From an uncultured Bacteroidales bacterium (GTDB lineage Bacteria; Bacteroidota; Bacteroidia; Bacteroidales; UBA1402), in assembly GCA_964411555.1 (NCBI GenBank), contig CAYPLF010000001.1, forward strand, positions 52,593-116,592: a stretch of DNA of 64,000 nt. Direction: 5' to 3'. Under the pieces are notes generated by a model. The model worked only from the letters and a program-made list of their open reading frames with translations, was not told the origin of the DNA and searched no databases. Each line of letters starts with the position of its first letter. The first letter of the stretch is position 1. Made by a program: the position numbers and the translations under genes. Positions 39,515-50,106 of the stretch are shown in pieces.

Positions 39515-39522
39515 CAAATATA
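39515..39522 (-). promoter_or_regulatory. -7 element TATATTTG upstream of mutS
   Basis: Exact match on the minus strand, 23 nt upstream of the TTG start at 39491. Confidence 0.55.
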
Positions 39523-39680
39523 ACAAAAAGACTGTTGATAACAGGTGAATACTTGTTGACAGCTGTCGGATACATTTTCCTTCATTTATCTGCCAGTATG
39601 CGTACATAAAAAGACTTGTCAGCTTTGCAAATTATAAGCCTTGAATCTTCAACTCTTGTTTCAACTTTAATATACGTCCT

Positions 39681-39709
39681 TATCAACAGGCATTCTATCA
39701 ACAGGCATT
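39681..39709 (+). repeat. Tandem direct repeat TATCAACAGGCATT x2 (1-nt spacer)
   Basis: Copies at 39681-39694 and 39696-39709 are identical. Each carries a DnaA-box-like core. Confidence 0.8.
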
Positions 39710-39860
39710 TTCTTACAATACATGAACTATCAACAAAAAAATTTATACTATTGATTGTATGTCTGTTTATAGAACGAATATCTGTTGAATTTTAGTTGAT
39801 AAAAAACAATGATGGTTGACTATGTTCAAGGTACAACAGTTATCAACACATTCAACAGCC

Positions 39861-39910
39861 TATTATCTTAATCTCTTTATTTTTTAAAAATCTAAAAAGT
39901 AATAAAAAAG
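39861..39910. other. AT-rich tract (possible DNA unwinding element)
   Basis: tattatcttaatctctttattttttaaaaatctaaaaagtaataaaaaag has 6 G+C in 50 nt. It is flanked by DnaA-box-like 9-mers at 39840-39848 and 39914-39922. Confidence 0.35.
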
Positions 39911-39941
39911 AAGTGTTGATGAGTCTATACGATAACTATCC

Positions 39942-40487
39942 TTACAAATTGGGGATTCCTTTCAATAGGCCAAAAAAATGCCAGATGACAATACCACTGG
40001 CAACTGATACATTCAGGGAATGTTTGGTTCCAAACTGAGGTATTTCAACACAAGCATCACAAGTGTCTACTACTGCTTGTTGAACTCCTTTTACTTCATT
40101 TCCAACAACAATGGCATATTTTTTTCCGGAATCTAATGACAGATTTTCCAAAGATATACTACTATGGGCTTGTTCAATGGCATAAACAGTATATCCGTCT
40201 TTTTTCAATTGAGTGACAGCTGAAAGCGTGTCGTCCACATACATCCAATCCATGGAATATTCCGCTCCCAGAGCTGATTTATGGATTTCAGGATGTGGAG
40301 GTGTACCCGTATTTCCGCACAACACAATTTTTTCAATACGGAAAGCATCACAGGTTCTGAAAACAGACCCTACATTGTGAAGGCTTCTTATATTATCAAG
40401 AACAACTACCAGCGGAATTTTTTCCGAAGACTTGAAAGCTTGTGCTGACAGTCTGTTCATTTCAGTTATAAGGAGTTTCTTTGGCAT
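39942..40487 (-). CDS. SpoU/TrmH-family RNA 2'-O-methyltransferase
   Basis: Track ORF starts at TTG 40508, inside the promoter element. Trimmed to ATG 40487 (MPKKLLITEMNRLS). SPOUT motifs LDNIRSLHNVGSVFRT and IPQFGTKHSLNVSVA. Confidence 0.75.
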   Translation of the reverse strand: MPKKLLITEMNRLSAQAFKSSEKIPLVVVLDNIRSLHNVGSVFRTCDAFRIEKIVLCGNTGTPPHPEIHKSALGAEYSMDWMYVDDTLSAVTQLKKDGYTVYAIEQAHSSISLENLSLDSGKKYAIVVGNEVKGVQQAVVDTCDACVEIPQFGTKHSLNVSVASGIVIWHFFGLLKGIPNL

Positions 40488-40505
40488 AATGAAAAGGACT
40501 TGATG

Positions 40506-40513
40506 CAAAATTA
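40506..40513 (-). promoter_or_regulatory. -7 element TAATTTTG upstream of the TrmH-family gene
   Basis: Exact match on the minus strand, 18 nt upstream of ATG 40487. Confidence 0.55.
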
Positions 40514-40526
40514 GTAATATTATGTC

Positions 40527-40534
40527 TATTTTTG
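40527..40534 (+). promoter_or_regulatory. -7 element TATTTTTG upstream of nadA
   Basis: Exact match, 24 nt upstream of ATG 40559. Confidence 0.6.
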
Positions 40535-40558
40535 TCTACTGATAAAAGGTTAGGTATC

Positions 40559-41503
40559 ATGGATAAGGATCAGATTGTTTCAGAAATAAACAAGCTAAAA
40601 CGGGAAAAAAAGGCCGTTATCATGGCTCATTATTATCAGGATAATGACATTCAAGACATTGCCGACGTAATTGGCGATAGTTTGGCATTAGCTCAAGAAG
40701 CAAACAAGACAGATGCTGATATCATTGTTCTGTGTGGTGTTCATTTTATGGGTGAAACAGCCAAGATTATCTGTCCGGAAAAAAAAGTACTTATTCCCGA
40801 TGTACAAGCGGGATGTTCGCTGGCCGACAGTTGTCCGGCTTCGGAATTTGAAGCATTTGTCAAAGCACATCAGGACCACACGGTAATCAGTTACGTAAAC
40901 ACCAGTGCAGAAGTAAAGGCGTTGAGCGATATTGTGGTTACATCGACCAATGCAACAGCCATTGTGAACAGTTTTCCACCCGACGAAAAAATCATATTCG
41001 GACCGGACAAAAATTTGGGAAACTACATCAATAATCTCACCGGCAGAAACATGTTGTTGTGGAACGGAGCCTGCCATGTCCACGAGCAATTTTCTATAGA
41101 TAAGATTATAGAGTTAAAGAGCAAATATCCAGCATCCAAATTGATTGCTCATCCTGAATGCAAACAGGTATTGCTCAATATGGCCGATTTCATAGGATCC
41201 ACTTCTTCATTGATAAAATATGCCAAACGTTCCGATATCAATGAATTTATCGTGGCCACCGAATCGGGCATTTTACACGAAATGCGTCGGTTGTGTCCTG
41301 ACAAGGTATTTATACCAGCTCCTCCCGAAGATGCCGCTTGTGCTTGTAACGAATGTTCGTTTATGCGGTTGAATACGCTGGAAAAGGTGTTATCTTGTTT
41401 GGTAACGGAACAACCAGCCATAGAAATCCCAACAGAACTACAACAAAAGGCGTTGAAACCCATACAACGCATGTTGGAGCTATCTACCATATTACAACTG
41501 TAA
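40559..41503 (+). CDS. nadA: Quinolinate synthase
   Basis: Track ORF starts at TTG 40532. Trimmed to ATG 40559 ([27 protein letters not shown]). Conserved cysteines are in the expected context. Confidence 0.9.
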   Translation: MDKDQIVSEINKLKREKKAVIMAHYYQDNDIQDIADVIGDSLALAQEANKTDADIIVLCGVHFMGETAKIICPEKKVLIPDVQAGCSLADSCPASEFEAFVKAHQDHTVISYVNTSAEVKALSDIVVTSTNATAIVNSFPPDEKIIFGPDKNLGNYINNLTGRNMLLWNGACHVHEQFSIDKIIELKSKYPASKLIAHPECKQVLLNMADFIGSTSSLIKYAKRSDINEFIVATESGILHEMRRLCPDKVFIPAPPEDAACACNECSFMRLNTLEKVLSCLVTEQPAIEIPTELQQKALKPIQRMLELSTILQL

Positions 41504-41519
41504 TACAACCGTATATTTA

Positions 41520-42101
41520 ATGGCAACCATCATTGTCTTTGCCACCAATAATGTCCACAAGTTGTCTGAGGTTACAGATATGCTTGGTAATTCTTTTGAT
41601 GTCAAAAGCCTGAAGGATATTGATTGTTTTGATGTATTACCCGAGGAACAACAGACCCTGGAAGGTAATGCCTTACAAAAAGCCAGGTATGTCTATGATT
41701 TATACCATGTAAATTGCTTCGCGGATGATACCGGCCTTGAAGTGGAAGCCCTTGATGGTGAACCAGGTGTCTATTCTGCCAGGTATGCAGGAGAGGCGTG
41801 CATTGCAGCAAACAACATGGACAAGTTGTTGGAAAAACTCAAGGGAATCACAAACCGAAAAGCCAGATTCAGAACCGTGATTGCTTTGATTCTTGACGGA
41901 AAAGAATACCTGTTCGAAGGTGTTGTCAATGGAACGATACTTACAGCACGAAGGGGCGAAGAAGGGTTTGGTTATGATCCGATTTTTCAACCCGAGGGCT
42001 ACAGTCAAAGTTTTGGTGAAATGGAATCCATGGTTAAAAACTCAATCAGCCACAGGGCGTTGGCAGTCAGCAACCTGGTAGCATATTTAAAGGAAAAATG
42101 A
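41520..42101 (+). CDS. rdgB: dITP/XTP pyrophosphatase (non-canonical purine NTPase, RdgB/HAM1)
   Basis: 193 aa. Motifs [17 protein letters not shown] and FGYDPIF...ISHR. Confidence 0.9.
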   Translation: MATIIVFATNNVHKLSEVTDMLGNSFDVKSLKDIDCFDVLPEEQQTLEGNALQKARYVYDLYHVNCFADDTGLEVEALDGEPGVYSARYAGEACIAANNMDKLLEKLKGITNRKARFRTVIALILDGKEYLFEGVVNGTILTARRGEEGFGYDPIFQPEGYSQSFGEMESMVKNSISHRALAVSNLVAYLKEK

Positions 42102-44434
42102 TACGAACTCGATTGGCTTTTGTTTTACTGGTCAGTCTGGTTGTCTGTTGCACCCATAGTCTGGCAGGTATTCCAGTTGGTTCCTGGAGGACTCACTTCT
42201 CATACAACGATGTATCTCAGGTGGAGTATGCTCCAAACGAAATCTATGCCATTGCCAACGGAAAACTGTTTTCTTTTGATAAGAACGGGCAGATATCCAC
42301 TCATACAACCTTATCTGGTCTCAATGGGCTTGAAGTTGCATTTATTCATTGGTCGGAAGCCATTCATGGATTACTTGTCTGCTATTCCGATGGAAACATT
42401 GATCTGATTCAATCTGGAATCATCAAGAACCTGCCCGATTTTAAAAACAAACCAATGACGGCAGATAAAACGGTATATAGTGTTCGTGTTGTTGGATCTA
42501 CCGCTTATCTTTCCACCGGAGTGGGGCTACTGGTGGTCAATTTGGTGAAACGAGAAATCAGTGAGCTATACAAGCCCTTGCTCAAAACAGATCCGTATAC
42601 CATTCAAGAGACGGTGTATGATGCTGTTTCAATGGGGGATTCTCTTTTTCTGGCTACTCCAAAAGGTTTGTATGCGGGGAATATATCGGACAATTTATTG
42701 GACCCTTCCATGTGGAAGCCCCTGCCTTTTATAGCTGAAAGTCCCGTAAGTATGGTCAGTTTTAATGACAAGCTGGTTGTTTTGACAGGATTGGGCTCTG
42801 TGTATCAACGCACAAATGGAACCTGGGAACTGTTACATGCCGATGCGGCAGCATTCCGCCTTTTAGTGGAACAAGAACGATTGGTCGTATGTAGCCGCGC
42901 CGCCGGATCCATCATACATACAGATGGAAATAAACGCTCCCTGCCATATCCCCTGCTCGACATCTCATACAATATGTTGGATTCAACATGCTACGTGGCT
43001 TCCGGAAAAAAGGGATTGTTCACGTATGATACATCAAACCGGGCTTATGTCCAACTGGAGTCTGTTGCATTGCCTACAGGCCCCAGTCAATCATCTGCCT
43101 GGAGTGGATTGGTCCATGATGGAGATTATTTTGCGGTACCCGGTGGACGTTGGGGTGATCGGTTTAGAAATCCAGGTGATGTGATGCGTTTTGATGGGTC
43201 AACATGGTCGGGTCTTTCAAACATAGACTCCATCTCATATAAAACGGGTGTGCCGTTTATGGACATCATGAATCTGGCGATTGACCCCTTTGATTATGGG
43301 CATTATTTTTTAACCAGCTGGGGAGAGGGCTTATATGAATTCAAGGATAATCAGTTTCATACCTTGCACAATCAGCATAACAGTCCTTTGATATCTGTTT
43401 TACCGGGACCCTTTTGTCGAATTGACGGTGCTGTTTTTGATGACGAAGGGAATCTATGGGTGTTGAATTCAACCTATGGAGTGAATTCGGTTATTTCCGA
43501 CACCACCATTTGGGTACTTAAGGCCGGTGGTTCCGATTGGAAATCCATGTATTACCCTTCCATGCCCGGAGCACCAACTTGGGGTTCACTGCTTTTCACC
43601 TCAATCGATCAAATCTGGTGTAATTCTGTACGAGGTGCTTCTTATGGTTTATTTGTAATTGACCGAGAAGACACACCTTGGAACACAGCCGATGACAGGA
43701 CTCGATGGTTCAACACCATTACGGATGCAGATGGTACCATAAGCCCCTTTGTCTATACATGTATGGTTGAGGATAAAGCCGGAACGATATGGATTGGGAC
43801 CAATGAAGGTCCGATATTGGCTACGAATCCATACAGAATCTTTGACTCTGACTACACGTTTACACGCATCAAGATACCCAGAAATGATGGCACGGGTTTG
43901 GCTGACTATTTATTGAAAGGCATACGTATAAATGCAATTGCAGTTGACGGCGCCAATAGAAAATGGTTGGGTACGGCTGGAGATGGTCTTTATTTGGTTT
44001 CTGAGGACGGGCTGGAAACAATCTATGAGTTCAACACTGAAAACAGCCCCCTACCATCCAACTACATTTTTTCTGTGACGGTACATCCCGAAACAGGTGA
44101 GGTTTTTATTGGCACCAATGAAGGGCTGGTCTCTTTTCGTGCTGAGGCAACTGAAGGCGAAGACGATTTTTCTGCGGTTCGTGTATTTCCCAATCCGGTT
44201 ACACCCGGATATACCGGCATGATAACAGTAACCGGCTTGAAGGAAAAAACTCAGGTAAGAATCGCTGATTTGAGCGGTAATGTGTTGGTGGCGGGAACCT
44301 CGCTCGGTGGCCAATTCACGTGGAATGGACGGAATCGTCAGGGGAACCGTGTAGCGAGTGGAGTGTACCTGGTTTTTTGTTCCTCACAGGATGGCGTGGA
44401 ACACCAGGTATGCAAATTCATGGTGTTGAAATAA
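42098..44434 (+). CDS. Secreted double beta-propeller protein with T9SS C-terminal sorting domain (PorZ-like)
   Basis: 778 aa with a signal peptide and repeated propeller-blade-like segments. The last ~80 aa (VRVFPNPVT...[11 protein letters not shown]...KFMVLK) look like a type A T9SS CTD. Size and architecture match P. gingivalis PorZ (about 776 aa) as I recall it. ATGA overlap with rdgB. Confidence 0.55.
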   Translation: MIRTRLAFVLLVSLVVCCTHSLAGIPVGSWRTHFSYNDVSQVEYAPNEIYAIANGKLFSFDKNGQISTHTTLSGLNGLEVAFIHWSEAIHGLLVCYSDGNIDLIQSGIIKNLPDFKNKPMTADKTVYSVRVVGSTAYLSTGVGLLVVNLVKREISELYKPLLKTDPYTIQETVYDAVSMGDSLFLATPKGLYAGNISDNLLDPSMWKPLPFIAESPVSMVSFNDKLVVLTGLGSVYQRTNGTWELLHADAAAFRLLVEQERLVVCSRAAGSIIHTDGNKRSLPYPLLDISYNMLDSTCYVASGKKGLFTYDTSNRAYVQLESVALPTGPSQSSAWSGLVHDGDYFAVPGGRWGDRFRNPGDVMRFDGSTWSGLSNIDSISYKTGVPFMDIMNLAIDPFDYGHYFLTSWGEGLYEFKDNQFHTLHNQHNSPLISVLPGPFCRIDGAVFDDEGNLWVLNSTYGVNSVISDTTIWVLKAGGSDWKSMYYPSMPGAPTWGSLLFTSIDQIWCNSVRGASYGLFVIDREDTPWNTADDRTRWFNTITDADGTISPFVYTCMVEDKAGTIWIGTNEGPILATNPYRIFDSDYTFTRIKIPRNDGTGLADYLLKGIRINAIAVDGANRKWLGTAGDGLYLVSEDGLETIYEFNTENSPLPSNYIFSVTVHPETGEVFIGTNEGLVSFRAEATEGEDDFSAVRVFPNPVTPGYTGMITVTGLKEKTQVRIADLSGNVLVAGTSLGGQFTWNGRNRQGNRVASGVYLVFCSSQDGVEHQVCKFMVLK

Positions 44435-44888
44435 GTGACTTGTACAGCGACCGAATGGTTTTTCCAAAAAGGGGATGGACCAAGTCCGGTGCAATTTCCA
44501 TCATCGGTTGTAACACAAACAGTCTTTCGTGTAAGTGAGGATGAGGCAAGACCAGTTCTGGTGTTTCCACTATCAGATCGTCATAAAGGATGAGGTCAAT
44601 ATCAATAAGTCTGTCCGAATAGCCTTTTTTGCCACTTTTTAGCCTTCCCATTCGTTTTTCTATAGATTGCAGGGCAATCAAACAGTCCTGCGGCAAACGT
44701 TCCGTTTTGACAGCGATACAGGCGTTGATGAAGCGGTGGGTGGATAGATAACCCCAAGGTTCAGTTTCCACCATGTTGGAGCGAGACTCGACACTTCCAA
44801 TCGACTCTTCGATCAACCGGATGGCTTCATTCAACAACGCCATCCGGTCACCCAGGTTGGAACCCAGGCTAAGGTACACAATAGACAT
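44418..44888 (-). CDS. folK: 2-amino-4-hydroxy-6-hydroxymethyldihydropteridine diphosphokinase
   Basis: 156 aa. YLSLGSNLGDR and DIDLILYDD...LPHP motifs. The 3' end overlaps the PorZ-like gene by 17 nt. Confidence 0.85.
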   Translation of the reverse strand: MSIVYLSLGSNLGDRMALLNEAIRLIEESIGSVESRSNMVETEPWGYLSTHRFINACIAVKTERLPQDCLIALQSIEKRMGRLKSGKKGYSDRLIDIDLILYDDLIVETPELVLPHPHLHERLFVLQPMMEIAPDLVHPLFGKTIRSLYKSLISTP

Positions 44889-44895
44889 GCTACTA

Positions 44896-45945
44896 TCAAC
44901 GAATCAGCATGGCATCGCCATACATACCGAAACGGTATTTTTCCTTAATGGCTGTTTCGTATGCTTCCATCACAAAATCATAACCGCCAAAGGAAGCGAC
45001 CATCATCAATAAGGTTGACAAGGGTGCGTGGAAGTTGGAAATCATCGAGGTGGCCACATTGAAGTCATACGGAGGGAAAATGAACTTGTTCGTCCATCCG
45101 TCAAAAACCTTCAAATGCCCTGCTGCGCCCACTGAGCTTTCAATAGCCCTCATAACAGTGGTGCCTACGGCACAAATTTGGTTGCCACCATCTTTGGCAG
45201 CATTGACTATCCGTACAGCTTCTTCTGAAATGAGCATCTGTTCGGAATCCATTTTATGCTTGGTTAGATCTTCAACATCAATTTCGCGGAAGTTGCCCAG
45301 TCCGGCGTGGAGGGTAATGTAAGCAAAGTCAATACCCTTTATTTCCATACGTTTCATCAACTCGCGGCTGAAATGTAGTCCGGCGGCCGGAGCCACAACC
45401 GCCCCCTCGTTCGATGCGAAGATGGTTTGGAAGCGATCTTCATCTTCTGGTTCCACTGTACGTTTGATGCTCTTAGGAAGGGGCGTTTCTCCAAGTGCGA
45501 AGAGGGCATTTTTAAAGTCTTCATGGCTACCGTCGTACAAGAATCGAAGGGTGCGCCCGCGGGATGTTGTGTTGTCAATCACTTCAGCCACCATGGACTC
45601 GTCTTCTCCAAAATACAATTTATTGCCGATACGGATTTTTCGGGCAGGATCGACCAATACATCCCATAAACGAAATTCTTCATTCAGTTCACGCAACAGA
45701 AAAACTTCAATCTGAGCTCCTGTTTTTTCTTTATTTCCATATAATCTGGCCGGAAATACACGTGTATCATTGAAGATGAACACATCCTTCTCATTATAAT
45801 AGGAAGGAATCTCTTTGAATACATGGTGTTCAATGGTGCCCTTTGAACGGTCCAATACCATGAGTCTTGATTCATCCCTATTGGTTGTCGGATACTGTGC
45901 AATCAATTCATCGGGAAGTTTGAACTTGAATTTTGAAAGCTTCAT
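44896..45945 (-). CDS. queA: S-adenosylmethionine:tRNA ribosyltransferase-isomerase
   Basis: 349 aa. N-terminus [19 protein letters not shown] and a conserved core ([16 protein letters not shown]). Confidence 0.95.
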   Translation of the reverse strand: MKLSKFKFKLPDELIAQYPTTNRDESRLMVLDRSKGTIEHHVFKEIPSYYNEKDVFIFNDTRVFPARLYGNKEKTGAQIEVFLLRELNEEFRLWDVLVDPARKIRIGNKLYFGEDESMVAEVIDNTTSRGRTLRFLYDGSHEDFKNALFALGETPLPKSIKRTVEPEDEDRFQTIFASNEGAVVAPAAGLHFSRELMKRMEIKGIDFAYITLHAGLGNFREIDVEDLTKHKMDSEQMLISEEAVRIVNAAKDGGNQICAVGTTVMRAIESSVGAAGHLKVFDGWTNKFIFPPYDFNVATSMISNFHAPLSTLLMMVASFGGYDFVMEAYETAIKEKYRFGMYGDAMLIR

Positions 45946-46664
45946 ATGGTTTGATTATTAGTTGTCTGAATGTTATCCATAATTAGGGAATCCAGCCAGT
46001 CTTGAAAAGACTCCATGCTGAAACACTCCTCAAGACGCACATCGCCTATTCGCGTACGACATAAGCCGGTCAAGTGCGCCCCGCAACCAAGAGCATCGCC
46101 GATGTCCCTGGCCAAGGCTCTGATGTAGGTTCCTTTGCTGCAAACAACCCGTAAGGTCAGTACCGGTAAATCGCAGCGAACCAATTCCAACTCATCAATC
46201 ACCAAAATCTTTGGTTTGAGTTCTACATCCTTTCCTTTTCTAGCCAATTCATAAGCTCTTTTTCCATCAACCTTACAGGCTGAAAAAGAAGGTGGTACTT
46301 GTTCAATTCGTCCTAAAAACCGTGGTAGAACGTTTTCTACCATTTCTCTTGTCACGTGACTGTAATCAAACCGCTGATCAATGGGTTTTTCCAGGTCGTG
46401 TGAAGAGGTTGTTGCCCCAATTTCGAGCGTGGCTACATATTCTTTGGTTTGATGTTGAAACGAATCAATCTGTTTGGTGGCCTTCCCCGTACATAAAATC
46501 ATGACTCCTGTGGCCAAGGGATCCAATGTGCCGGCATGTCCAACTTTCAGTTTCTTAACTCCCAGTTTTTTGCACAGTAGGTACCTCACTTTTGCGACAA
46601 GCTGAAACGATGTCCACGTTAAAGGTTTATTGATGTGCAATATTGCTCCTTCTATAAAATCCAT
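45942..46664 (-). CDS. truB: tRNA pseudouridine(55) synthase
   Basis: 240 aa with the catalytic-Asp motif [16 protein letters not shown] overlap with queA. Confidence 0.9.
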   Translation of the reverse strand: MDFIEGAILHINKPLTWTSFQLVAKVRYLLCKKLGVKKLKVGHAGTLDPLATGVMILCTGKATKQIDSFQHQTKEYVATLEIGATTSSHDLEKPIDQRFDYSHVTREMVENVLPRFLGRIEQVPPSFSACKVDGKRAYELARKGKDVELKPKILVIDELELVRCDLPVLTLRVVCSKGTYIRALARDIGDALGCGAHLTGLCRTRIGDVRLEECFSMESFQDWLDSLIMDNIQTTNNQTI

Positions 46665-46719
46665 TTGTTGTTGTTATGACAGAAATGCCGACCTGCTGTG
46701 AGGCTCTTCCTGTCATGAT

Positions 46720-47511
46720 TCAAATTAATGAGAATACCACTGTCGAGATTCCCAACAGGCCGCAGTAGAGGGCAAACCATATCAGTTTGCCTTTTTGAAC
46801 CAGTGATAGCATCCATTTACAGGCTATACTACCTGAAACAAAGGCCGCCAGAAATGCAACCACAAGCGATGTGGCTGGTATGCTGGACGAGTTGGCCATA
46901 TCTCCGCTGATCAATTCCAGGAATGCTTCACCCATTATGGGAATAATCACCATTAGAAAGGAAAACCTGGCAACATGTTCCTTTTTGTTGCCCAACAGCA
47001 AACCTGTGGCAATCGTTGTTCCTGAACGTGAAAGTCCTGGTAAGACCGCAATAGCTTGAGAAATCCCGATGATGAAAGCATTCCACCAACTAATCGTTTC
47101 TCGCTGTCTGGGTTTGGCCACGTAGGAAAATGTAAGCAACAGAGCGGTAACCACCAACATGATGCCTACCAGTAAGAGCCCGTTTCCAAACAGTTTTTCC
47201 ACCGAATCTTTAAAAAATAGACCAACAATCAATACGGGTATCATTGAAATCCCAATCTTCAACAGGTATTTAGTTTCTTCGTTGTAAGTGAAACGAAAAA
47301 AACCACGCAGCAACTTGCTGATTTCAGGCCACAGCACAACCAACGTACTGAGTACTGTTGCAGCATGTACCACAACACCGAACATCAGGTTGTCTGCACC
47401 GGAGGTACCAAATAAGGCGTTCCCTATTTCAAGATGCCCACTGCTGCTGACGGGAAGATACTCTGTAAAACCTTGTAACAAACCCAAAATCAGGGCCTCA
47501 AACCAATTCAT
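46720..47511 (-). CDS. uppP: Undecaprenyl-diphosphate phosphatase
   Basis: 263 aa. [10 protein letters not shown] and [10 protein letters not shown] motifs. Confidence 0.9.
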   Translation of the reverse strand: MNWFEALILGLLQGFTEYLPVSSSGHLEIGNALFGTSGADNLMFGVVVHAATVLSTLVVLWPEISKLLRGFFRFTYNEETKYLLKIGISMIPVLIVGLFFKDSVEKLFGNGLLLVGIMLVVTALLLTFSYVAKPRQRETISWWNAFIIGISQAIAVLPGLSRSGTTIATGLLLGNKKEHVARFSFLMVIIPIMGEAFLELISGDMANSSSIPATSLVVAFLAAFVSGSIACKWMLSLVQKGKLIWFALYCGLLGISTVVFSLI

Positions 47512-47750
47512 TCGATCGTCTTCTTTTTATACAGGATACCAAAGATGGTAAACAAGAAGCCGACCAATGAAATACCGGGTCCCAGTACAATACGCCTGAA
47601 GCTGAAGATATCAGGATTGTAAGCCGTTTCAAGAGAAGGTTTACCTGTCATGAGAATAAAACCAAGCACAACCAGCATGAAACCCACCAGAATGAGCATT
47701 AAATTCTGTTTATCTAGCGCAAGGTGATTGTATTTTTCTTCTTTTTCCAT
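47508..47750 (-). CDS. DUF3098-like small membrane protein
   Basis: 80 aa with two TM helices. Sits in the ftsX-DUF3098-uppP arrangement I recognise from Bacteroidetes. ATGA overlap with uppP. Confidence 0.6.
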   Translation of the reverse strand: MEKEEKYNHLALDKQNLMLILVGFMLVVLGFILMTGKPSLETAYNPDIFSFRRIVLGPGISLVGFLFTIFGILYKKKTIE

Positions 47751-47771
47751 AGTGTAGGTTGTCTGAAGTGT

Positions 47772-48659
47772 TTAAACGTAATATAAGTCGTTTGTGTTCA
47801 TGTTTAAGTAGCGATTTACCGCCAACCAGGTTGCTGTTGCCATGATAATCAATCCGAAAACCAAAATAATCAGGAAAATGAGTACCATCAGACCGGGATT
47901 CAACAACGTAAGCGAGCCGGGTATCTGTTTGTCCAGGTAGAACAGCGAACCGTATAAATACCCCATGGATAGGAATGAAGCAATAACGGCGCTTACCAGG
48001 TTTTGCAGGATAAAGGGTTTGAGGATAAATCCTTTATCGGCTCCCACCAACTGCATGGTTCGAATAAGGAATCGTTTGGAGTAGATGAGCAATCTTACCG
48101 TATTCCGAATCAAAGAATAGGAAATCAATGTCAGGATGGTTGCCAAAATAAATAGGATAATGCTGATACGGCGTACATTTTCATTCACCATATGAACAAG
48201 ATCCTTGCGGTAAATGACATCCTCAACATTTTTAAACCGTTTCAAATATTGCTCTGCCACTTCCAAGCTATCGGCGTTCGCGTAATCAGCGTTTAGATAC
48301 ACCTCAAACGAGGCCAGCGCAGGATTTGACCCCAACAAATCTTCGGGGTTGTCACCTAATTCTTCAATCAACTCTTTGAGAGCCGTTTCTTTGTCGATGT
48401 AAGTGACCGACCTGGCCCAAGGCATCGCTTCCAGCTTTTGTTGAAACATCTTGGCATCGGGTAATCTCAATCCATCATCGACAACCACCGACATACATAC
48501 ATTTTCCCTTACATAATCAGACAGGCTCTTTGCCAGGAAACCCAATGTCAGCATGATGCCTAACAGAAAGAGAACCAGACTGATGCTTATCGTGGACGTA
48601 AAACGGGAATTGAAAACCCTGACTGCATTGACCGACTTTTGCTTTTGCTTCATGTACAT
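47772..48659 (-). CDS. ftsX: FtsX-like cell-division permease
   Basis: 295 aa. One N-terminal TM, a periplasmic domain, then three C-terminal TM segments (FtsX fold). An alternative ATG lies at 48653. No ftsE is adjacent. Confidence 0.7.
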   Translation of the reverse strand: MYMKQKQKSVNAVRVFNSRFTSTISISLVLFLLGIMLTLGFLAKSLSDYVRENVCMSVVVDDGLRLPDAKMFQQKLEAMPWARSVTYIDKETALKELIEELGDNPEDLLGSNPALASFEVYLNADYANADSLEVAEQYLKRFKNVEDVIYRKDLVHMVNENVRRISIILFILATILTLISYSLIRNTVRLLIYSKRFLIRTMQLVGADKGFILKPFILQNLVSAVIASFLSMGYLYGSLFYLDKQIPGSLTLLNPGLMVLIFLIILVFGLIIMATATWLAVNRYLNMNTNDLYYV

Positions 48660-48763
48660 GAACGGATTTTGACAAACAGACTACCCCCAAAATTGCCGCA
48701 AAAGTGCGAAAAATATCCGGATTTGCCGTATATTTTAATGAATAAAACGTGTTTTTTTATTTT

Positions 48764-50098
48764 TTAAACAAGTTCGCCCAGTAGGGTTGCTGAAGTATGG
48801 CTGATGATTCGCACCTGTACCAGGTCGCCCTTCCGTTTATCTCCTTTTGGAAAGACCACCATCTTGTTCTGTTGAGTCCTGCCGCAGAGCTGATCCCTGG
48901 AACGTTTTGAATAACCTTCGCACAAAACCTCAAAGACTTTTCCCACATCCCTGGCATTGCTTTCCGCCGAAAGCTCGTTTTGCAGGGCAATCAATTCGTT
49001 CAACCGTTCAATCTTCACCCGTTCGGGCACGTTGTCTTCCAGATTCTTGGCGGCATAGGTTCCCGGACGTTCCGAATACTTGAATAAAAAGGCTGCATCA
49101 AATCCTACCTTCCGCATCAAGGAAAGCGTGGCTTCATGATCTTCCGGTGTTTCATCATGAAATCCGCTGAACAAATCAGTCGAAATCCCGCAATCAGGCA
49201 TGATGCGTCTAATGGAGGCAATACGGTCCAGGTACCACTCCCTGTCGTAACGCCGGTTCATCAGTTTCAGTATTTTTGAACTTCCAGATTGGGCCGGAAG
49301 ATGAACGTGACGGCAAATGTTTGCATGGGAAGCCATGGTTGTAAGGACGTCATCGCTCATATCTTTCGGGTGTGAGGTGGAAAACCGGATTCTCATATCG
49401 GGAGCAGCCAGGGCAACTTGTGCCAGCAGTCCTGCAAAATCCACCGTTTGATCCGATTCAGTCTGAAACCGATAGGAATTCACGTTCTGACCCAACAGGG
49501 TGACTTCTTTAAATCCCTTTTGCCTTAAATTGTCCAGTTCATTCAGGATGCTCTGGGGGTCACGGCTACGTTCCCTTCCTCTGGTATAAGGAACAATGCA
49601 ATAGGTGCAAAAATTGTTACACCCTCTCATGATGGATATGAAACTGCTGATGCCGCGTGTACCAATCGGAGACGGAATCACGTCCTTGTATGTTTCCGTG
49701 GTGGACAACTCGATGTTGATGGCCTTTTCACCCTGCTGGACGGCTCCGATCAGATTGGGCAGGTCAAGGTAAGCATCCGGTCCGGCAACCAGATCCACCT
49801 GTTGTTCTTCAAGCAGGTTCTCCTTTACGCGTTCAGCCATGCAACCCAGAATGCCGATGATGATTTTTTTCCCTTTTTTGCGAAGTGATTGATAATGCTG
49901 AATTCTCGATAAAACGCGTTGTTCGGCATTGTCGCGAATGGAACAGGTATTGATGAGTACCAGATCGGCGTCTTCAGCTTTGTTGGTCAAGGTAAAACCA
50001 TCCATTTCCAGGATGGAAGCCACCACCTCGCTGTCGGCCACGTTCATCTGACAACCGTAGGTCTCAATAAAGACAGTGGATTGGGGAATGATGGTCAT
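48764..50098 (-). CDS. miaB: tRNA-2-methylthio-N6-dimethylallyladenosine synthase
   Basis: 444 aa. UPF0004 N-terminus ETYGCQMNVADSE, radical-SAM motif GCNNFCTYCIVPYTRG, and a TRAM domain. Confidence 0.9.
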   Translation of the reverse strand: MTIIPQSTVFIETYGCQMNVADSEVVASILEMDGFTLTNKAEDADLVLINTCSIRDNAEQRVLSRIQHYQSLRKKGKKIIIGILGCMAERVKENLLEEQQVDLVAGPDAYLDLPNLIGAVQQGEKAINIELSTTETYKDVIPSPIGTRGISSFISIMRGCNNFCTYCIVPYTRGRERSRDPQSILNELDNLRQKGFKEVTLLGQNVNSYRFQTESDQTVDFAGLLAQVALAAPDMRIRFSTSHPKDMSDDVLTTMASHANICRHVHLPAQSGSSKILKLMNRRYDREWYLDRIASIRRIMPDCGISTDLFSGFHDETPEDHEATLSLMRKVGFDAAFLFKYSERPGTYAAKNLEDNVPERVKIERLNELIALQNELSAESNARDVGKVFEVLCEGYSKRSRDQLCGRTQQNKMVVFPKGDKRKGDLVQVRIISHTSATLLGELV

Positions 50099-50106
50099 TG
50101 TGATGC

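Larger units (their letters stand above)
39492..39941. other. Candidate replication origin (oriC) or other DnaA-box cluster
   Basis: Largest non-coding gap in the window. TTATCAACA or its complement lies at 39533-39541, 39680-39688 and 39840-39848. Related boxes lie at 39695-39703, 39727-39735, 39794-39802 and 39914-39922. The core TCAACA/TGTTGA occurs 9 times. An AT-rich tract is adjacent. Confidence 0.45.

Noticed and set aside
39681-39709. Whether the tandem 14-nt repeat could be a minimal CRISPR or other repeat array.
   Set aside because: There are only two copies with a 1-nt spacer, no cas genes, and no further repeats. It is better explained as paired protein-binding boxes.
39809-39871. 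20-codon ORF (MMVDYVQGTTVINTFNSLLS) inside the candidate origin region.
   Set aside because: It is very short, has no promoter element, and its sequence is made of the DnaA-box-like repeats themselves. There is no reason to think it is translated.
46676-46716. Inverted repeat ATGACAG...CTGTCAT between uppP and truB.
   Set aside because: The stem is only 7 bp with a 27-nt loop and no T-run. It is too weak to call a terminator or attenuator.
48699-48706. CACTTTTG (minus strand) as the ftsX promoter element.
   Set aside because: It mismatches the invariant T of TAnnTTTG. It is plausible but not supportable from sequence alone.
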